A DNA stretch of 64,000 nt from Octopus vulgaris (GCA_951406725.2 OX597837.1:24490001-24554000), one strand, 5' to 3'; shown: positions 36,357-51,066, counted from the stretch's first letter. Notes: a model not told the origin generated them from the letters alone. Program-made: numbers and translations.

Positions 36357-38671
36357 GCAGTTAAATAAAAAATCTTGGAAACCAGTAATAAAAAAGATGG
36401 TGGTAAGCTGGCAGAATCATCAGCATGATGGACAAAATGCTTAGCAGCATTTTGACTGTTCAAGTTCCACTGAGGTAAACTTTGCCTTTCATCTTTTCAA
36501 GGTCGATGAAATAAATACCAGCTGAGCACTGGAGTTGGTGTGAATGACTTATCCCTCCACGAAACTGCTGGCTTTATGCCAAAATTTGAAACATGTATTA
36601 GAAAAGAAGTGAAGTTGTGTTGCTAACTGATGTCTAGTGACCAAAACTATAAAATCAGCTACAAAAGCAACAGCTATCAAATATTTGTTATAAAGCTACA
36701 ACCAAACAATTATAAAGGCCATGATAAAATTATAGACAATTCTTCGAAACTTTATGAAAAATTTAATGTTGAGAGAATATTTGAGAATGGACATCTAAGG
36801 TGTGCTTTCCATCATCATTTTATATCCGTGTATCCATGCTATTCCATGGGTTGGTTGCAATGCACCAAGTCAGTTCTTAGCCAGAGTTACTGCCCTCTTT
36901 AATGGCTCAGGAACCATATCTTGCATGTACATTGCAATTTTTTAACAGATTCTTCATCTGGATGACCTTACTTTCACAATCCTCTTTACAGTGTAAACCA
37001 GATGCATTTTATTGTGCAACAGTATTAGAAGTTGTCACCAAGATGTACACACACATACACACAAAACTAAAAAGCCTTCTCTATTCTATGCTTGTTTTGT
37101 TTCTTCACCAGTACCAAAAATTTGTCTCTTCTCTGACAGAAACTAGCCAGAGCAATATGATAGCAAGGAGTATAATAGAGAAGAACCAATGTGATACAGA
37201 TGACAGTGAAAAAAAACAAAAAGGGAAAGAGTGACAATCACATGACAATTATTGGTAAGGAGGTTGAATGGGTGTAAAGCATTTGTGGTGGTACCACATA
37301 AAACTGCCCATGTGGTGTCACACAAAAGCACCCAGCATATTGTAAAGTGGTTGGCATTAGGAAGGGCTTCCAGCCATAGAAGCCATGCCAAATTAGACTG
37401 GAGTCTGGTGCAACCCCCACTGGCTTGCCAGCTCTGGTCAAACCATCCAACCCATGCCAGCATGGACAATGGACATTAAATGATGATGAGGAGGACTGTA
37501 TGCTCTTCCTAATGCCAACCCTCACCTGTTTCTAAACAAGGTGATATTTCCCTATGGTTAGACATGCTTTTACAGAATATTGGAAATGAATGATAAGACA
37601 AGGAGGGACAAACGCAAACATATACACCACAATGGGCTTCTTTCCATCTACTAAAATGCACAAACAAGGTTTTGATTGGCTCAGGGCTATGGTAGAAGAT
37701 ACTCGCCCAATGTGCTATGCATTGGGACTGAACTTGAAACCATGTGGTTGGGAAGCAAATGCCTTTCACACAGCCACACCTGTGCCTATATATACGAGTA
37801 CATAGGGACAAATTAACCAGGCAGGTACTGTACATGCACTCAGTTATAATCCAGATTCAGGCTAACCACACTAAATTGAAAGAAGCATCTAAGATTGCTT
37901 AAGGTGATCAATCCTATTGTAATTCATCCAATGGGTAAATCCTGTGTATGCTTCTCTGGATTATGAATATTTTCAGGAGTGTAAATCCAAGACAATTACA
38001 ATGAATATGGAGATTAGTACATCTGCGTGTAATTGGCTGTAAAAATAAAAAAAAACAAAAAACATGCAGATCCTTCAAAACTTCCATGCTTTCTGAGATT
38101 CGCCAACACTAAACCTGATTTTCTCCCCTCCATACACACACAAGCATGTATCTGACTCATGCATTGTTCGCTTTCCAGACATTTGTACATTACTGCATGT
38201 GCTTTATATGCACTGTCTGACAAGTTGTGGTGCACCTGAGCACTGTATACAATAATTTCATTATTATTTTTATGTACTAGTCTCCATATGTTCTTGAGGA
38301 GACCTGTTGAGTCAAGTATGTCAACACCAACATCAACATCAAAATAAAAATCAAATAGAAATTGTAGCTAAGATACCCGTGCTGGTGGCATATAAAAAGC
38401 ACCATCCGAACGTGGTTGATGCCAGCACCGCCTGACTGGCGTCTGTCACACATAAAAAGCACCAATCGATCGTGGCCGTTTGCCAGCCTCCTCTGGTCCC
38501 TGTGTCGGTGGCATGTAAAAATTCAGACTGTAACCTGGCGCAGTCTCCTGACTTCCCAGACCCTGGTCAAACCGTCCAACCCATGCTAGCATGGAAAATG
38601 GATGATAATGATGATGGTGTGTTTGTGTCCATACATACAAATATCAAGCAGAGTTTGTTTCAGATACTTAC

Positions 38672-38836
38672 ATGAGACTGGTCCGCTTCTATTCTTTTTT
38701 TCTGCCTGAGAATATCTTCGAGTTCATAAAAGGACCTAGCAACAACAGGATCAATATGCTGTATGTCTTTGGATGTGAGACTGTGCTCTTGGCCTAAGAT
38801 CCACTTGAAAAATACCAGACTTATTGGCACATCAAT
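38672..38836 (-). CDS. TRIP12: TRIP12 window exon 17 (HECT)
   Basis: [55 protein letters not shown]. Confidence 0.95.
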
Positions 38837-39537
38837 CTATAAAAAGAAAGTTTGGAAAATTTACTAACATAATTCAGGTTACTGTTTCAAAATATCAAAA
38901 TATAAGAAACTTCAACAATAACAGCAAATAGAGATTTTAAATTTATCTTTCTTTTGGAAATGACTCAAAGAAGGAGATTGGTTTCATTGTCAGTATTCAA
39001 TTTATCTTGGTACAACACCTAAATCCTGTTTGTATCACCAAGTCCTTCTAAAAGATGCAGGATAGCACAAACCATTTATTCCATCTGGTTTTAACTCGGT
39101 AAGGTTTCTGTTGATTGATTTTCCTTTTTATACTCAGGGTTGTAAAGGACTTGTTAATGAGCCAACTAACAAGCTCAGTATTTCCATCAATTGCTTTCAT
39201 CATTTTACATCCACTTTCCACACTGACAGTTTCATAGGATACAATGAGTCAGTGGATGCTGTCTTGCTCCAAAAATGTCTCATTGTCGACATGGTTTCTG
39301 CAACTGGATGCCCCCCCACACACACACACAACAACAACCACTTTACAGTGTACTGGGTGTTTTTTTGTTTTTTTTTTATCTGAGGCAACAGCATCAGTAA
39401 GATTGTCTTATGACTTGCAAGATTAAAGATTAAAGACAATTCCTGTCAGAGATGGAGAAAAAAAGGATGGGTAGTGACTTTAGAACAGATAAAATACATT
39501 GGTAAAAACAGGTTTATTGTTGAATGTTGAAGGTGTT

Positions 39538-39800
39538 CATCATCATTGTTCGACCATGGTTGAGACAATGGAATTTACTATGCTATGCCAGACTTCATGG
39601 TCCATCATAGCATTACGGAGGTCCTGTTGCTGGATGCCTGTATCCCTGGAGATTACATCAGGGAAGGAGAGTGTGCGCCCTCTGGTATCGCGAGTAGATG
39701 GCTTCCAGAGGAGAAGAGTAGAAATTGCTTCGTTTTCAGCTCTACAACAATGTCCAGCAAACTGGACTCTCCTACCTTTCACAAGAGAAGGTGTTAGTGG
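39538..39800 (-). mobile_element. RTE-class LINE 3' end
   Basis: RRVQFAGHCCRAENE..LLLWKP..RGR..DVISRDTG..LRNAMMD ending in a (GAT) tail. Second copy at about 28595-28806(-). Confidence 0.8.
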
Positions 39801-41127
39801 AAAAACTTGGATAGTATTAGTGTAGGGAAAGAGAAAGAGTAGCGTTAGGGATTAGAGAGTCCAAGTCAAAGATTAAAAAGGACATTGGGGTGGGTTGAGT
39901 AAGAATAGGTCTATCCTGTGATATGGGTGGGAGTGGATGGAGTAGTACAAGAAAGAGATGATATACCCTTGAGGTAACGTGCCCAAGTAGGTGAATGGGA
40001 GATTATCGTGACAGAAGGATCTGGAAGAGTTCACTCAGGATTCAATTTAGCCATTCTTTAATTCAGTTTCTTCCTACTTCGCTTCATAGTTCTTTGAAAA
40101 AATATCTCACTTTTGAATCTATTCATCTTCCATGTGATTTTCCCCCTCTCTTTATTAGAGTATTTCAATATAAACTCTGAGACTGACATACACTGCAAAT
40201 AATATCAAGGGAGGTACAGCTTCTACAACTGCCACAGAAAGATCCCATATTGAAACCAGATTACACTTAACTGAATGAAACCTACTAAACAAAGGAGATA
40301 GGTAAATCAATGTCATTAACCCTTTAGCGTTTAAACCAGCCATATCTGGCCCAAATATGTTCAAACCAGTCATATCCAGCCTATTTTTATTTTATTTTAT
40401 TTTATCTAGTTTCAGCTCACGAGCTGTGGCCATGCTGGGGCACCGCCTATCACACCTACACTTCAATATCATTCTAAAAATATATGATCACATCATCAGA
40501 ATCTTGAAATTACAAGATAATGCATAATTAAAAGTAATGGGAATGAAAAAGCACTACATTTGAATTTATAATCTGAATGCTAAAGGGTTAAAGTTGCTAT
40601 AACAACAAACCCCTTATTAACACATGGGCTAAACTGGAGAACTAATAAAAGGACTTAGCCCTTTCATTACCAACCCGGCTGAAACCGGCTCTGGCTCTGT
40701 AATACAAATGTCTTGTTTTCATATGTTTTAATCAAAATCTTCCACCAAACCTTACAATTTATGTTCCTAACACTAGCTTAATGATAACTAAGTTATTTTG
40801 CTAAATTCTTTGTTATATTTAAAATAATTGGAAGAAACACAGAGCAGCTCAAAATAAATACAGTAACGAAAGGGTTAGTCAACTATCATCGGGTGCATAA
40901 CACTTTCTCTCTCTCTAAGTTTTGTGACTGGTGTCTATTCTAGCAAACACCAAATGTCATAACCAAGGACAATAAGTTCCAGCTACATCACCAAACTCTT
41001 CATTTCCACAACTCTTTCATCCCTGAATTGCAACCCTCTGGCATCTCTTTCATGTCTGATAATGTTCAGAAGACGAATGTCCAACCTCATTTTCCCCGGG
41101 AAGGCTTCAAAGTCTATAGACACTTAC

Positions 41128-41282
41128 CATTCTTGAATCCATCAATGCTTTAGCTAAGAATTTTCCAAAGAATTTAAATTTGGCTTTGATTTTGTTGACA
41201 ACAGCAGCTTTGGTGTTACGAGCAAGTGGAGAAGGAAACAAACCACAAGGAGATGTAATATACTCAACATCACTTCCTGAAC
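41128..41282 (-). CDS. TRIP12: TRIP12 window exon 16 (HECT)
   Basis: (G)SGSDVEYITSPCGLFPSPLARNTKAAVVNKIKAKFKFFGKFLAKALMDSRM. Confidence 0.95.
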
Positions 41283-41506
41283 CTGATTAAAAAAAAAACA
41301 AAAAAAAAAAAACAAATCAAGTTAATCCTTCCTTCGACCTCATTTATCTATAGAACTGTAAATAAACTAAAATCATTAGATAAGGTATTCAATTCTACCA
41401 GATCACCAAGGAGAGTAAAATTAAGTTGGCCCTAATCGAAACAACTTATTGGAGTTAAGTAGTAAGTTCAACAATTAGAGTGTATCTACAGTTCTATGTA
41501 TATATA

Positions 41507-41962
41507 TCATCATCATTATCGTCATTTAACGTCTGCTTTCCATGCTAGCATGGGTTGGACAGTTTGACTGTGGGCTAGCGAACCAGATGGCTGCACCAAG
41601 CTCCAGTCTTGATCTGGCAGAGTTTCTACAGCTGGATACTCTTCCTAACGCCAAACACTCCGAGAGTGTAGTGGGTGCTTTTACGTGCCACCGGCACAGG
41701 GGCCAGTCGGGCGTACTGGCAATGACCGTGCTCGAATTTTTGGGCCAGTCAGGCGGTACAAGCAACGACCTCGCTCGAATTTTTTACACATGCCAATGGC
41801 ACAGGTGCCAGTAAGGCGATGCTGGTAACGATCCCGCTCGAATGGTGCCTCCTACATGCCACCAGCACAGAAGCCAGTTAGCTGCTCTGGCAACGATCAC
41901 GCTCAGATGGTGCTCTTAGCATCCTACTAGCACGGGGCACAAGTGCCAGTAAGGCGAGGCCG
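41507..41962 (-). mobile_element. Long copy of the RTE-tail/SINE family (about 5 internal units)
   Basis: Reverse complement of the 1-536 family with (CAT)n at the left end and repeated GGTGC-TTTTAC-GTGCCACC units. Confidence 0.8.
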
Positions 41963-43790
41963 GCATCTACAACAGTAATATTACAGCCATTCAACTGATG
42001 ATGTGCTGGTACACAACTGCTGCCAGATCATATTTATGTAATTATTTATATATTTTATGCAAATAGTATGATATAGAAAACTCAGCAACTAATAGCTGTT
42101 ATCAATGCACAGAAACAATTGGGGGTGATTTGTAATTAAAACCTGTTCATTTCATTTTGTTTTATAAATTATTTATATGTATGCATATGTGTAAGTGAGT
42201 GTGTAATTTCAAAAAAGCAATTCTTTTTCCTCAAATGATACTATAGGATGTTATTCAGACACTCAACTAAGAGTCCACTGCATCTTATTAAGTTCATAAC
42301 CTGACCATTATTTTTTCTGCATCATCTCTTATACAGAAACACACACACAGTACTTCTACCAAGCAAATGACCAAATTGCATGTAGTTGATTGAACTGGTG
42401 GGACAGTGTTCAAGAAATGTTACAATGTTTGGGAGTCCACACACCGGCAACTGCTGTGAAGGCGGAGCAACAAACTATGCTCCATGCATATTCAGATGCT
42501 TTCCATTTTGACTATTTTGGTTTCTTTGTAGTCTCTAGACATGATCTGTGCAATGCCTGGGATGATGTCCAATGTATAATTTTGAGTTCTTTGTTGCAGC
42601 GAGATTAAGAACCCAGCCAATACTAGAATAACACATGATGAATCTTACATATGTACACTAGAGGAAATATTTTTTCATCAGCATTTAACTGACAAGACAG
42701 GGGCCACACCAGGTTCCATAGTCTGTTCTGGTTTGGTTTCTGCAACTGGATGCCCTTCCAAACAACAACCACTTTACAGAATGTACTGGGTGCTTTTTTT
42801 TTTTCCTAAGATGCGTGGCATCTTGGGCAAGTGTCTTCTGCTATAGCCCCAGGCCGACCAATGCCTTGTGAGTGGGTTTGGTAGACGGAAACTGAAAGAA
42901 GCCTGTCGTGTATATATGTGTGTGTGTGTGTGTTTGTTTGTCCCCCTAGCATTGCTTGACAACCGATGCTGGTGTGTTTACGTCCCCGTCACTTAGCGGT
43001 TCGGCAAAAGAGACCGATAGAATAAGTACTGGGCTTACAAAGAATAAGTCTCGGGGTCGATTTGCTCGACTAAAGGCGGTGCTCCAGCATGGCCGCAGTC
43101 AAATGACTGAAACAAGTAAAAGAGTAAGAGTACCAGTGCCAGTCCTTTTTACATGGCACAAACACCAGTGTCTCTTTACATGGCATCAGCACCCATGCTT
43201 TTTATGTGGTACTTTGACTTTAGGATCTCAATTCTGTTGTGGTGGGCAGGTCTCCTTGAGTAGCTAAATGTAATACCACTGAATGTTTGTACATCATTTT
43301 ATTTTCTTTACTGATTTGTATGTGTACTGTAAATGTTATAGAATTGTTGTAGAGAGCTCCGAGTATTTTTCTCTTCTGTGTATGTGATGGTTGACTGTAT
43401 TTAGTGTTGTCAGTAGCTGATTGTAAGAAAGAAGACAACAGATTTAGCAGATGTTACTTTTAAGTCAGGGGTTTTTGATGATTGATTTAAGGTGGAAAAA
43501 ATTATACAGTTGTGACTGGAGAAAAGATATTGATGTGATGTGATGACAAAATCAGGAGATAATGATGACGCTTATACATAACTGATCAACCAGCAAAATT
43601 AGTAGCCAAATATTTCAAACCATACTCTACTACCTTCAAAACGGAAAAAACATTGTGACAGAAAAATGACAGAGTGAATAATTACAAAGAGAGTCCATTG
43701 CAATATTGTTGGAATATAAAACCAACCAATTTAGCCAATGATTCCAATAAAACTATAACATGAACTAAAGTTCTTTTACTTTGAACTTAC

Positions 43791-43905
43791 CAGAAAAATC
43801 CATCTGTTTCACAATGTCGCCTCGCCACATATCAAGATCTGCTCTTTGTACTTCTTTAGAAATTAATGCATAGAATTCTAATGTGGGTCCCAATCCTGTA
43901 CCAAC
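43791..43905 (-). CDS. TRIP12: TRIP12 window exon 15 (HECT)
   Basis: [38 protein letters not shown]. Confidence 0.96.
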
Positions 43906-43925
43906 CTGGAATTAAAGAAGATATT

Positions 43926-44011
43926 ATAAAACCTCAACTTCAATACCTCTGGTTATTTACAAAGAAAATATAAAACCTCAACTTCAAAACCTCTGGTTAT
44001 TTACAAAGAAA
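43926..44011. repeat. ~43-bp tandem duplication in a 130-nt TRIP12 intron
   Basis: ATAAAACCTCAACTTCAA(T/A)ACCTCTGGTTATTTACAAAGAAAA occurs twice. Confidence 0.9.
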
Positions 44012-44035
44012 AAAGTTTAAAAAAACAATATTTAC

Positions 44036-44134
44036 TTCATTCTCATACTGTATTTCCAATAATCCTTTTGTGGAAGCCAGCTCATCCATGAGTTTCTCTG
44101 CTTGTTTTAAGATATCCACTCGACTGACTGTACG
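44036..44134 (-). CDS. TRIP12: TRIP12 window exon 14 (start of HECT domain)
   Basis: [33 protein letters not shown]. Confidence 0.93.
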
Positions 44135-44665
44135 CTGTAAGTAACAAAAGAAAGAAAAAAACATTGAAGAACGGAAATAACAAGAGAGACTGGAACCCTT
44201 TTGTTACCAACCCGGCTGAAACCGGCTCTGGCTCTGAGTACAAAAGTCTTGTTTTCATAAGTTTTGAATTAAAATCTTCCACCTAACCTTAGTCACAATT
44301 TATGTTCCTAACATTAGCTGAATGATAATTAAGTTGTTTTACTAAATTCTTTGTTATATTTGAAGTTATTGAAAGAAACACAGAGCATCTCAAAATAAAT
44401 ACAGTAACGAAAGGGTTAGCTAATCAAAATTTCTCTTAAAATGATTCCAATTTAGTTCAGAAGTTAGAAAATGAAAAATGACTCCAAATGTGAAGGCTAA
44501 TGAGTCAGAGAGAAAAATTCAAGTGTCTCAGAGGCAGGTGACCTCAAGTTACAGCATATCTATGGTGGCCAACAGAATAATGGGGAAGTTTATTCAAAGA
44601 TGAAATTTTTGTTCAAAATTATAGAGAAACATAAAATCATAAAGGTGGAAAATTCAGAAACTGAC

Positions 44666-44819
44666 CCTTTTCCGTTCCAGTCGGGGAGCAACTCGGTCAG
44701 TTGTGTCTGTTGTTGTAGAATCAGTATTGTTATCTTGTAACCTCATCATTGCTCGGTCACGATCAAATGATGTAGCATAGAAAAGCATTTGGCGAGTATC
44801 AAAGGGAAAAAGGAATGGT
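44666..44819 (-). CDS. TRIP12: TRIP12 window exon 13
   Basis: [29 protein letters not shown]...[11 protein letters not shown]. Confidence 0.95.
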
Positions 44820-46751
44820 CTAAAAAAAAAAAAAAAAAAAAAAAATTAATCAAATATAAATGAAAAAATAACGAAACAAAACTGCTACAAAGTTTGAAAG
44901 TTAATCCCAAAACCAGTCAGAATTATTCACATGTATTAAAATAAGGTTAAGTCTTTATTGCAACTATTGCAATTAATCTTGACTATAGTTGGCACTCCGT
45001 CAGTTACAAGAACAAGTGTTCCAGTTGAGCTGATCATTAGAACAGCCTGCTCATAAAATTAACATGCAAGTGGCCGAGAACTCCACAGACATACATAACT
45101 TTAACCTAGTTCTCAGGGAAATTCAGTGTGATGCAGAATGTGACAAGTCTGGCACATTGCAATACAGATACTACTCATTTTTACCGGCTGGATTGACTGG
45201 AGCAACATAAAGTGTCTTCCTCAAGAACACAATGCAACACTAGGAATCGAACTGTTGACCTTACAATCATAGGTCGAACTCCCGAAGTGCATGGCTCAGT
45301 GGTTACAGTGTCAGGCTCACTGTCATGAAATAGTGAGTTCAATTCCTAAACTGGACTATGTATTACATTCTTGAGCAAGACACTATTTCCCGGTGCTCTA
45401 GTTCGCTCAGCTGTAGAAATGATCACAACATCACTGGTGCCAAGCTGTATCAGCCTTTGCCTTTCCCTTGGACAACCTTGGTAACTTGGAGTGGGGAGGC
45501 TGGTATGCATGGGTGACTGCTGGTCTTCCATAAACAACTTTGCCCAGACTTTTGCCTTGGAGGGGAACTTTCAAGGTGCAAACCAATGATCATTCATGAC
45601 AGAACAGGGTCTTTACTCTTATAGAGGATTTAAAACAAAGCTTTGAAAAGTAAACCACATAAAATACAAATTAACCTTCAAAGGAGCCCCTGCTTCACTT
45701 GAAAATCTAAAAGAACTGTTTCTTTTGGAAATTGTAAGTGTAACCTTATAACAACATCAGAGATACTCAGCAGCTGTTAATATCCTTCAGAAAGAGTTGT
45801 TTAGATTTCTAGTAAGTCTTCACTTACTGCAGACAGACAGACATGGTTGACAGTTCCACCACAAATACATACTGGTTTATTCCTAGCTTCTATTTATCTA
45901 TCATTGAAACTCCGACGTCTGGCAGCTGACTTGGCAGACACCCATAAAATTATTAACCATCTTACTAACAATAACTCTGAGCACCTTTTCAAACTCCATC
46001 TGTCAAACACCTGTGGACATGTTTACAAAGTCAGAAAACAGCACAGCTCCCATGACTTTCAGAAACATTTTTTTCACGCTGAGAGTTGCTGAAGCATGGA
46101 ACAAACTGCCGGCATCAGTTGTTAGTTGTCGACGCACTGCATCTTTCAAAACTTTCATATTTCCTGAGATTCGCCAACACTACACCTGATTTTCTTCCCT
46201 CCATACACACACAAGCATGTATCTGACTCATACACTGTTCACTTCCCAGACATTTGTACATTACTGCATATGCTTTATACGCACTTTTTGACAAGTTGTG
46301 GTGCACCTGAGCACTGTACACAATAATTTCATTATCATTATTATTATCCCCATTAGTTTCCAATTATGCTCACATACTTCCACTATGTTGCTATATAAAA
46401 ACTTTTCATCTACATTTAAATCTATCTTTATTCATATTTTCTCTTTAACATTTTTTTTTTATTCATTTGAAATTTTAACTGTTCTGCTAGCATCAGGAAT
46501 TAACTGCAATCAATTCAAAACTCGCACAAGCAACATATTTATTATCAAAGGAAACATCCATGCAACTGGGCTTTACAATAGAAGAAAATAATCACTACTA
46601 TTACATAGTGTAGTGCATTGCTTTCAACGATTTTTGATTTTTATTAGTATTTTTGTATACAAACGAAAAGAGACCGTCTTCATATTCTTATCCAATATTT
46701 TTTAATCTCTAAAATAATTTATGAGGTAAAAATACACAAACTTCAACTTAC

Positions 46752-46897
46752 GCTGCTGCAGCTATTTCAGCCAACCAAACAGGAAGATTACCAGTCATTA
46801 TGACTAATGGATCCTGTAACTGTCTGTTAGCTTTGGCAGTGAGTTTTGAACTAATGAATTCAGTTGGAGAAAGGATTGGAGATAGTTGGGAAGACTC
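46752..46897 (-). CDS. TRIP12: TRIP12 window exon 12
   Basis: [48 protein letters not shown]. Confidence 0.95.
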
Positions 46898-48702
46898 CTG
46901 AAGATAAAGATAAATATAAAAATGCATTTAATACAGCAAAAAAAATTTTTTAAATAGAAAAATAAAAAAAAATTCCAGTTTTTAATGAGAAGATAAAATA
47001 CAGCATATCAGTGATGACCAATGTTTTGAATTCCATTTAAGATTTTTGGAGATCTTTCATTCCCATGACACTATTTTTTCTAGATGTATATATCATAAAT
47101 AGCATACCAACTGAGACCCCTCCTGCTTTTCTTTCTTCAAACTGAGATTACAGTAAAATATACTTTCATCATCATCGTTTAGCATCCGCTTTCCATGCTG
47201 GCACGGGTTGGACAGTTCAACTGGGGTCTGGGAAGCCAGAAGGTGCACCAGGCCCAGTCTGATCTGGCAATGTTTCTACGGCTGGATGCCCTTCCTAACG
47301 CCAACCACTCCACGAGTGTAGTGGGTGCTTTTTACATGCCACCGGCAAAGGTGCCAGACGAGGCTGGCAAACGGCCATGATCAGATGGTGCTTTTTACAT
47401 GCCACCGTCACAGAGGCCAGGCGAGGCTGATAACGGCCACGATCGGTGCCACCAGCAACTCATTTACTAAATTTTAAACCTTATAGCCATTTACAATCAT
47501 TTGATGTCTGCCTTCCATAATCATCAAACAAATTGTCCACTGAAAGAATGAACAAAGCTAGCTGTTTTGTTCGAGCTCAAAGGTTCCAAGGTGCCTCTAA
47601 TTGTTGAAACACCAGAGTCCCAAAATCCTTTCGTTGTTAAAAGGAGAATTTGTGCTATGTTGTACATTAGTGAGCAGAATATTTTGCATCTGCAGCCTGG
47701 ACACAGTAAGAATAAATATACAAATAACTGTTTCAGATCTTGCAGAGCATCATCATCATCATTTAACATCTATTTTCCATTCAAGCATGGGTTGCACAGC
47801 TTGACAAACTGGCAAGGCCAGGGCCACACCAGGTTCTATAGTTTGTTTTTGGCTAGGTTTCTAAAGCTGGATGCTCTTCCTGATGCCAACCACTTTACAG
47901 AGTGTACTGCATGCTTTTTATGTGGCACCATCACCAGTGCTAGCCGTTTAATTACCAATCAAACAACAATTCTCTTGCATCTTTTTAAAATAATCAGCTT
48001 GCTGTTCGATGAATGTCATTACCATTTAAATTAATCAATGATGATCATTTAACAATAAAAATAGTTCAATTGTATAAGTTGACAAACACCATCTTAACTT
48101 ATATTGACATAGAAATAAGCTTTGTCTTCATGTATTTTTATATCAGTTTCTTTTCTAATAGTTCATTGTATAACACTTAACTTTTACTAGTAACATCAGC
48201 GTGTTTGTAGAGTGAAGAGGATGAATGTTATCAACAGGAGTATTTATTTTATCCCTCAGTAGAAACAGAGCCCCAAAATACAAGATATAATCATAATACT
48301 ACATCCTGCATTATGCTAACACTAATACTGGTTTCAAGTTTTAGCACAAGGCTAGCAATTTCGAGAGAGGAACTAAATCTTACACCGACATGTGCTCAAC
48401 TGGTACTTATTTTATCAACACTGAAAGGATGGAAGGTAAAAGTCAACCCTGGCAGCATTTGAATTTAGAATGTCAACACAAATGAAATTCCACTAAGCAT
48501 TTTGCATACCAAGAATTCTATCAGCTCACTGTCATATGCTAATACAAATATAACTAATAATTATTAGTAATTATTAAACAATGAAGCTAGAGCTTCACAC
48601 TATGGTTTCTAACTAAAGGTGTGATATGTGTGTGTGTGTGTGTGTGTGTGTAGGGGAGGATTATGTTTATAGCCAATATGAAATAATTGGTGATTAACTT
48701 AC

Positions 48703-48854
48703 TTCATACATGGTTGACCAGTATCTATTGAAGGCATGGAGCACTCTCAGCAGTGTAATTACATCTAAAGAAAGATCTTGTACAGTAACAAAGGCAGGTA
48801 ACTTGTCAGTGAGGTATGCATTCAAAGCAGGCACTATCTTGGGACAAAGACCAT
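48703..48854 (-). CDS. TRIP12: TRIP12 window exon 11
   Basis: (D)GLCPKIVPALNAYLTDKLPAFVTVQDLSLDVITLLRVLHAFNRYWSTMYE. Confidence 0.92.
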
Positions 48855-49658
48855 CTGGAATGAAAACAACCATTACAAAAATGCATTCAGTTCAGAAAAG
48901 GAAGAATGACTCAATTCTAGATTTATTTCACAAAACAAAATTTATGGAAATTTCAGGTTTTAAAGGTCCACTTGTAAAACAAAAGAAAATATACATTTCC
49001 ATGTAATTCAATTTCAATTTATAAATAATTATGAAACTAGAAAGCCATTGATTTTGAAGAAGGATAAATAAATGAAGGAAAAAAATTTTATCAATAATGC
49101 ATTTAGACACTAGTATAAAAGAAAGAAAAAAAAAAGAAAATTAAAAGTCCGAGACTTAGAAACATCATTATCAAAAGTCTGTTTCCCATGCTGGAATGGG
49201 TTGGACAGCTTGACAGGAATTGGCAAGGTCAGGGGTAGCATCAGGTTCCCCCATCTGTTTTGGCATGGTTTCTACAACTTGATGCCCTTCCTAATGCCAA
49301 CCGCTTTACAGTGTGTACTGGGTGCTTTTTACGTGACACCACCACCAGTTTTTTTTATGTGGAAACTAACATTTTAATAAAATATAATTTCTATTCGAAG
49401 TTTCAAAATACAGAGATCGCTGATCTTCCTTCTCATCACTAACATTTTTCATGCTACAAGTTGACAGTTTGTTATAAAAAGCACCTTTGATCTGTCCCAT
49501 CATCATTATCTGCAACAGCAGATTTCCATTAATCAGGTAGACAAATTTAAATAGGGACATTAATGTGAAAGCAACTGATGCACAAAGATACACAGCAATA
49601 TGTAAATAAAAAGTTTCTCCTGAAGTAAAAAGTTATGAAAATAATGTGACAATTTTAC

Positions 49659-49780
49659 CATTCCACAGCTCATCACCCCGTCGACTTCTTCCAGACGATT
49701 TACAGCTTTTCGTCTCGGCTCTAGTTTTCTTTGGACTTGTGGCAGCAACAGCATCTTCTTGTTCAGAAGCAGGCCGATAC
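49659..49780 (-). CDS. TRIP12: TRIP12 window exon 10
   Basis: YRPASEQEDAVAATSPKKTRAETKSCKSSGRSRRGDELWN. Phases 2/1 match neighbours. Confidence 0.88.
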
Positions 49781-50863
49781 CTGAAGCATGTAAAATTCTA
49801 TGACATTAGATTTATTCAGGAATAAAAAAGTTAAGTGTAATACAGCTGGAATTAATTTTCATCAGAAGCAGGAAAAACAAATAATGTAAAAGTTAAAACA
49901 GACTGAAAATAGTCCTATTGTGAAGTGGCATCTACATGAAATATATTTAGTTCAGGTTTGCCATATACTATAATGTTTCTGACATACAGCTCTTGAAATA
50001 ACTAATGGAACAGCTAAAATTCCAGAATTTAACCAACAACCTTATTTCAAATAATGTTGTTGTTTATGTCTCTTGTTGACCAGTAACCATCCAGATTACA
50101 AGAAAGGTTTAAAAAATTTTTTTTTTATTCCATAGTTAAATATCAAATCAAGAGCCATAATATTGGTGGCAATTGTTGCAGTTCATGTCAGATATGTGGA
50201 GGTGAAGTGGCCATTACTTTATGGAGCAGTCCCAAAGTAGTGAAAGTTATGATGGCAGAAACGTTAGCAAGCCGGGCGAAACGCTTAGTGGTATTTCGTT
50301 CTGTGCTCAAATTCCGATGAGGTCGACTTTGCCTTTCATCCATTCGGGGTCGATTAAATAAGTACCAGTTACACACTGGGGTCGATATAATCGACTTAAT
50401 CCATTTGTCTGTGCTTGTTTCTCCTCGCTGTGTTTAGCCCCTTGTGGGCAGTAAAGAAATAGATATAAAAGGGATCAACTTTCAGAGGTAGTGGCCATTA
50501 CTTTTATAAGCAGTTCTAAATTAATAAGAATTATGCAGCTGTTGTCCTGCTACACACATCTGTGTTCAAAAAGAATTGGTAGAGAAAGGAGCAGAAGTCT
50601 GTTTACAACAGAGTGAATTGCACCAAAGGCAGCTAAAGAAAAGGTAACAATGTTAATCTGAGCAATTGTCAAATCAGATTGATTGGGATGAGCAATTAGA
50701 CAAGATTCACCTTAGACCATTAATTAGAAAATTATGCATATCTATTATACTTTTACACTTAAAAATAGAGAAACTGCAGCACAATTCTGATGACAGAACA
50801 TTAACTGTTGATGTATTTGTTGGCAGGTATGTCAAATGTATTGGTTGGTGGAATTTTACTAAC

Positions 50864-51066
50864 CATATTGTGTGAGTTTGAACCCAGATTCCTGCATTGC
50901 CAAATGGGTTTTCTGAATCTGTGTCAGTTTCACTTCCTTCCTTTTCTGTCGGCAGACTGAATTGTTTCACTGCTTGATACACAGTCATATTGTAAGGTAA
51001 TAAGTGATCACCAATCAAAAATTCTAATTTATGACGAGCAGTTACTTGGTTGATGAATACGGCAGC
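50864..51066 (-). CDS. TRIP12: TRIP12 window exon 9
   Basis: [37 protein letters not shown]...[12 protein letters not shown](W). Confidence 0.95.
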
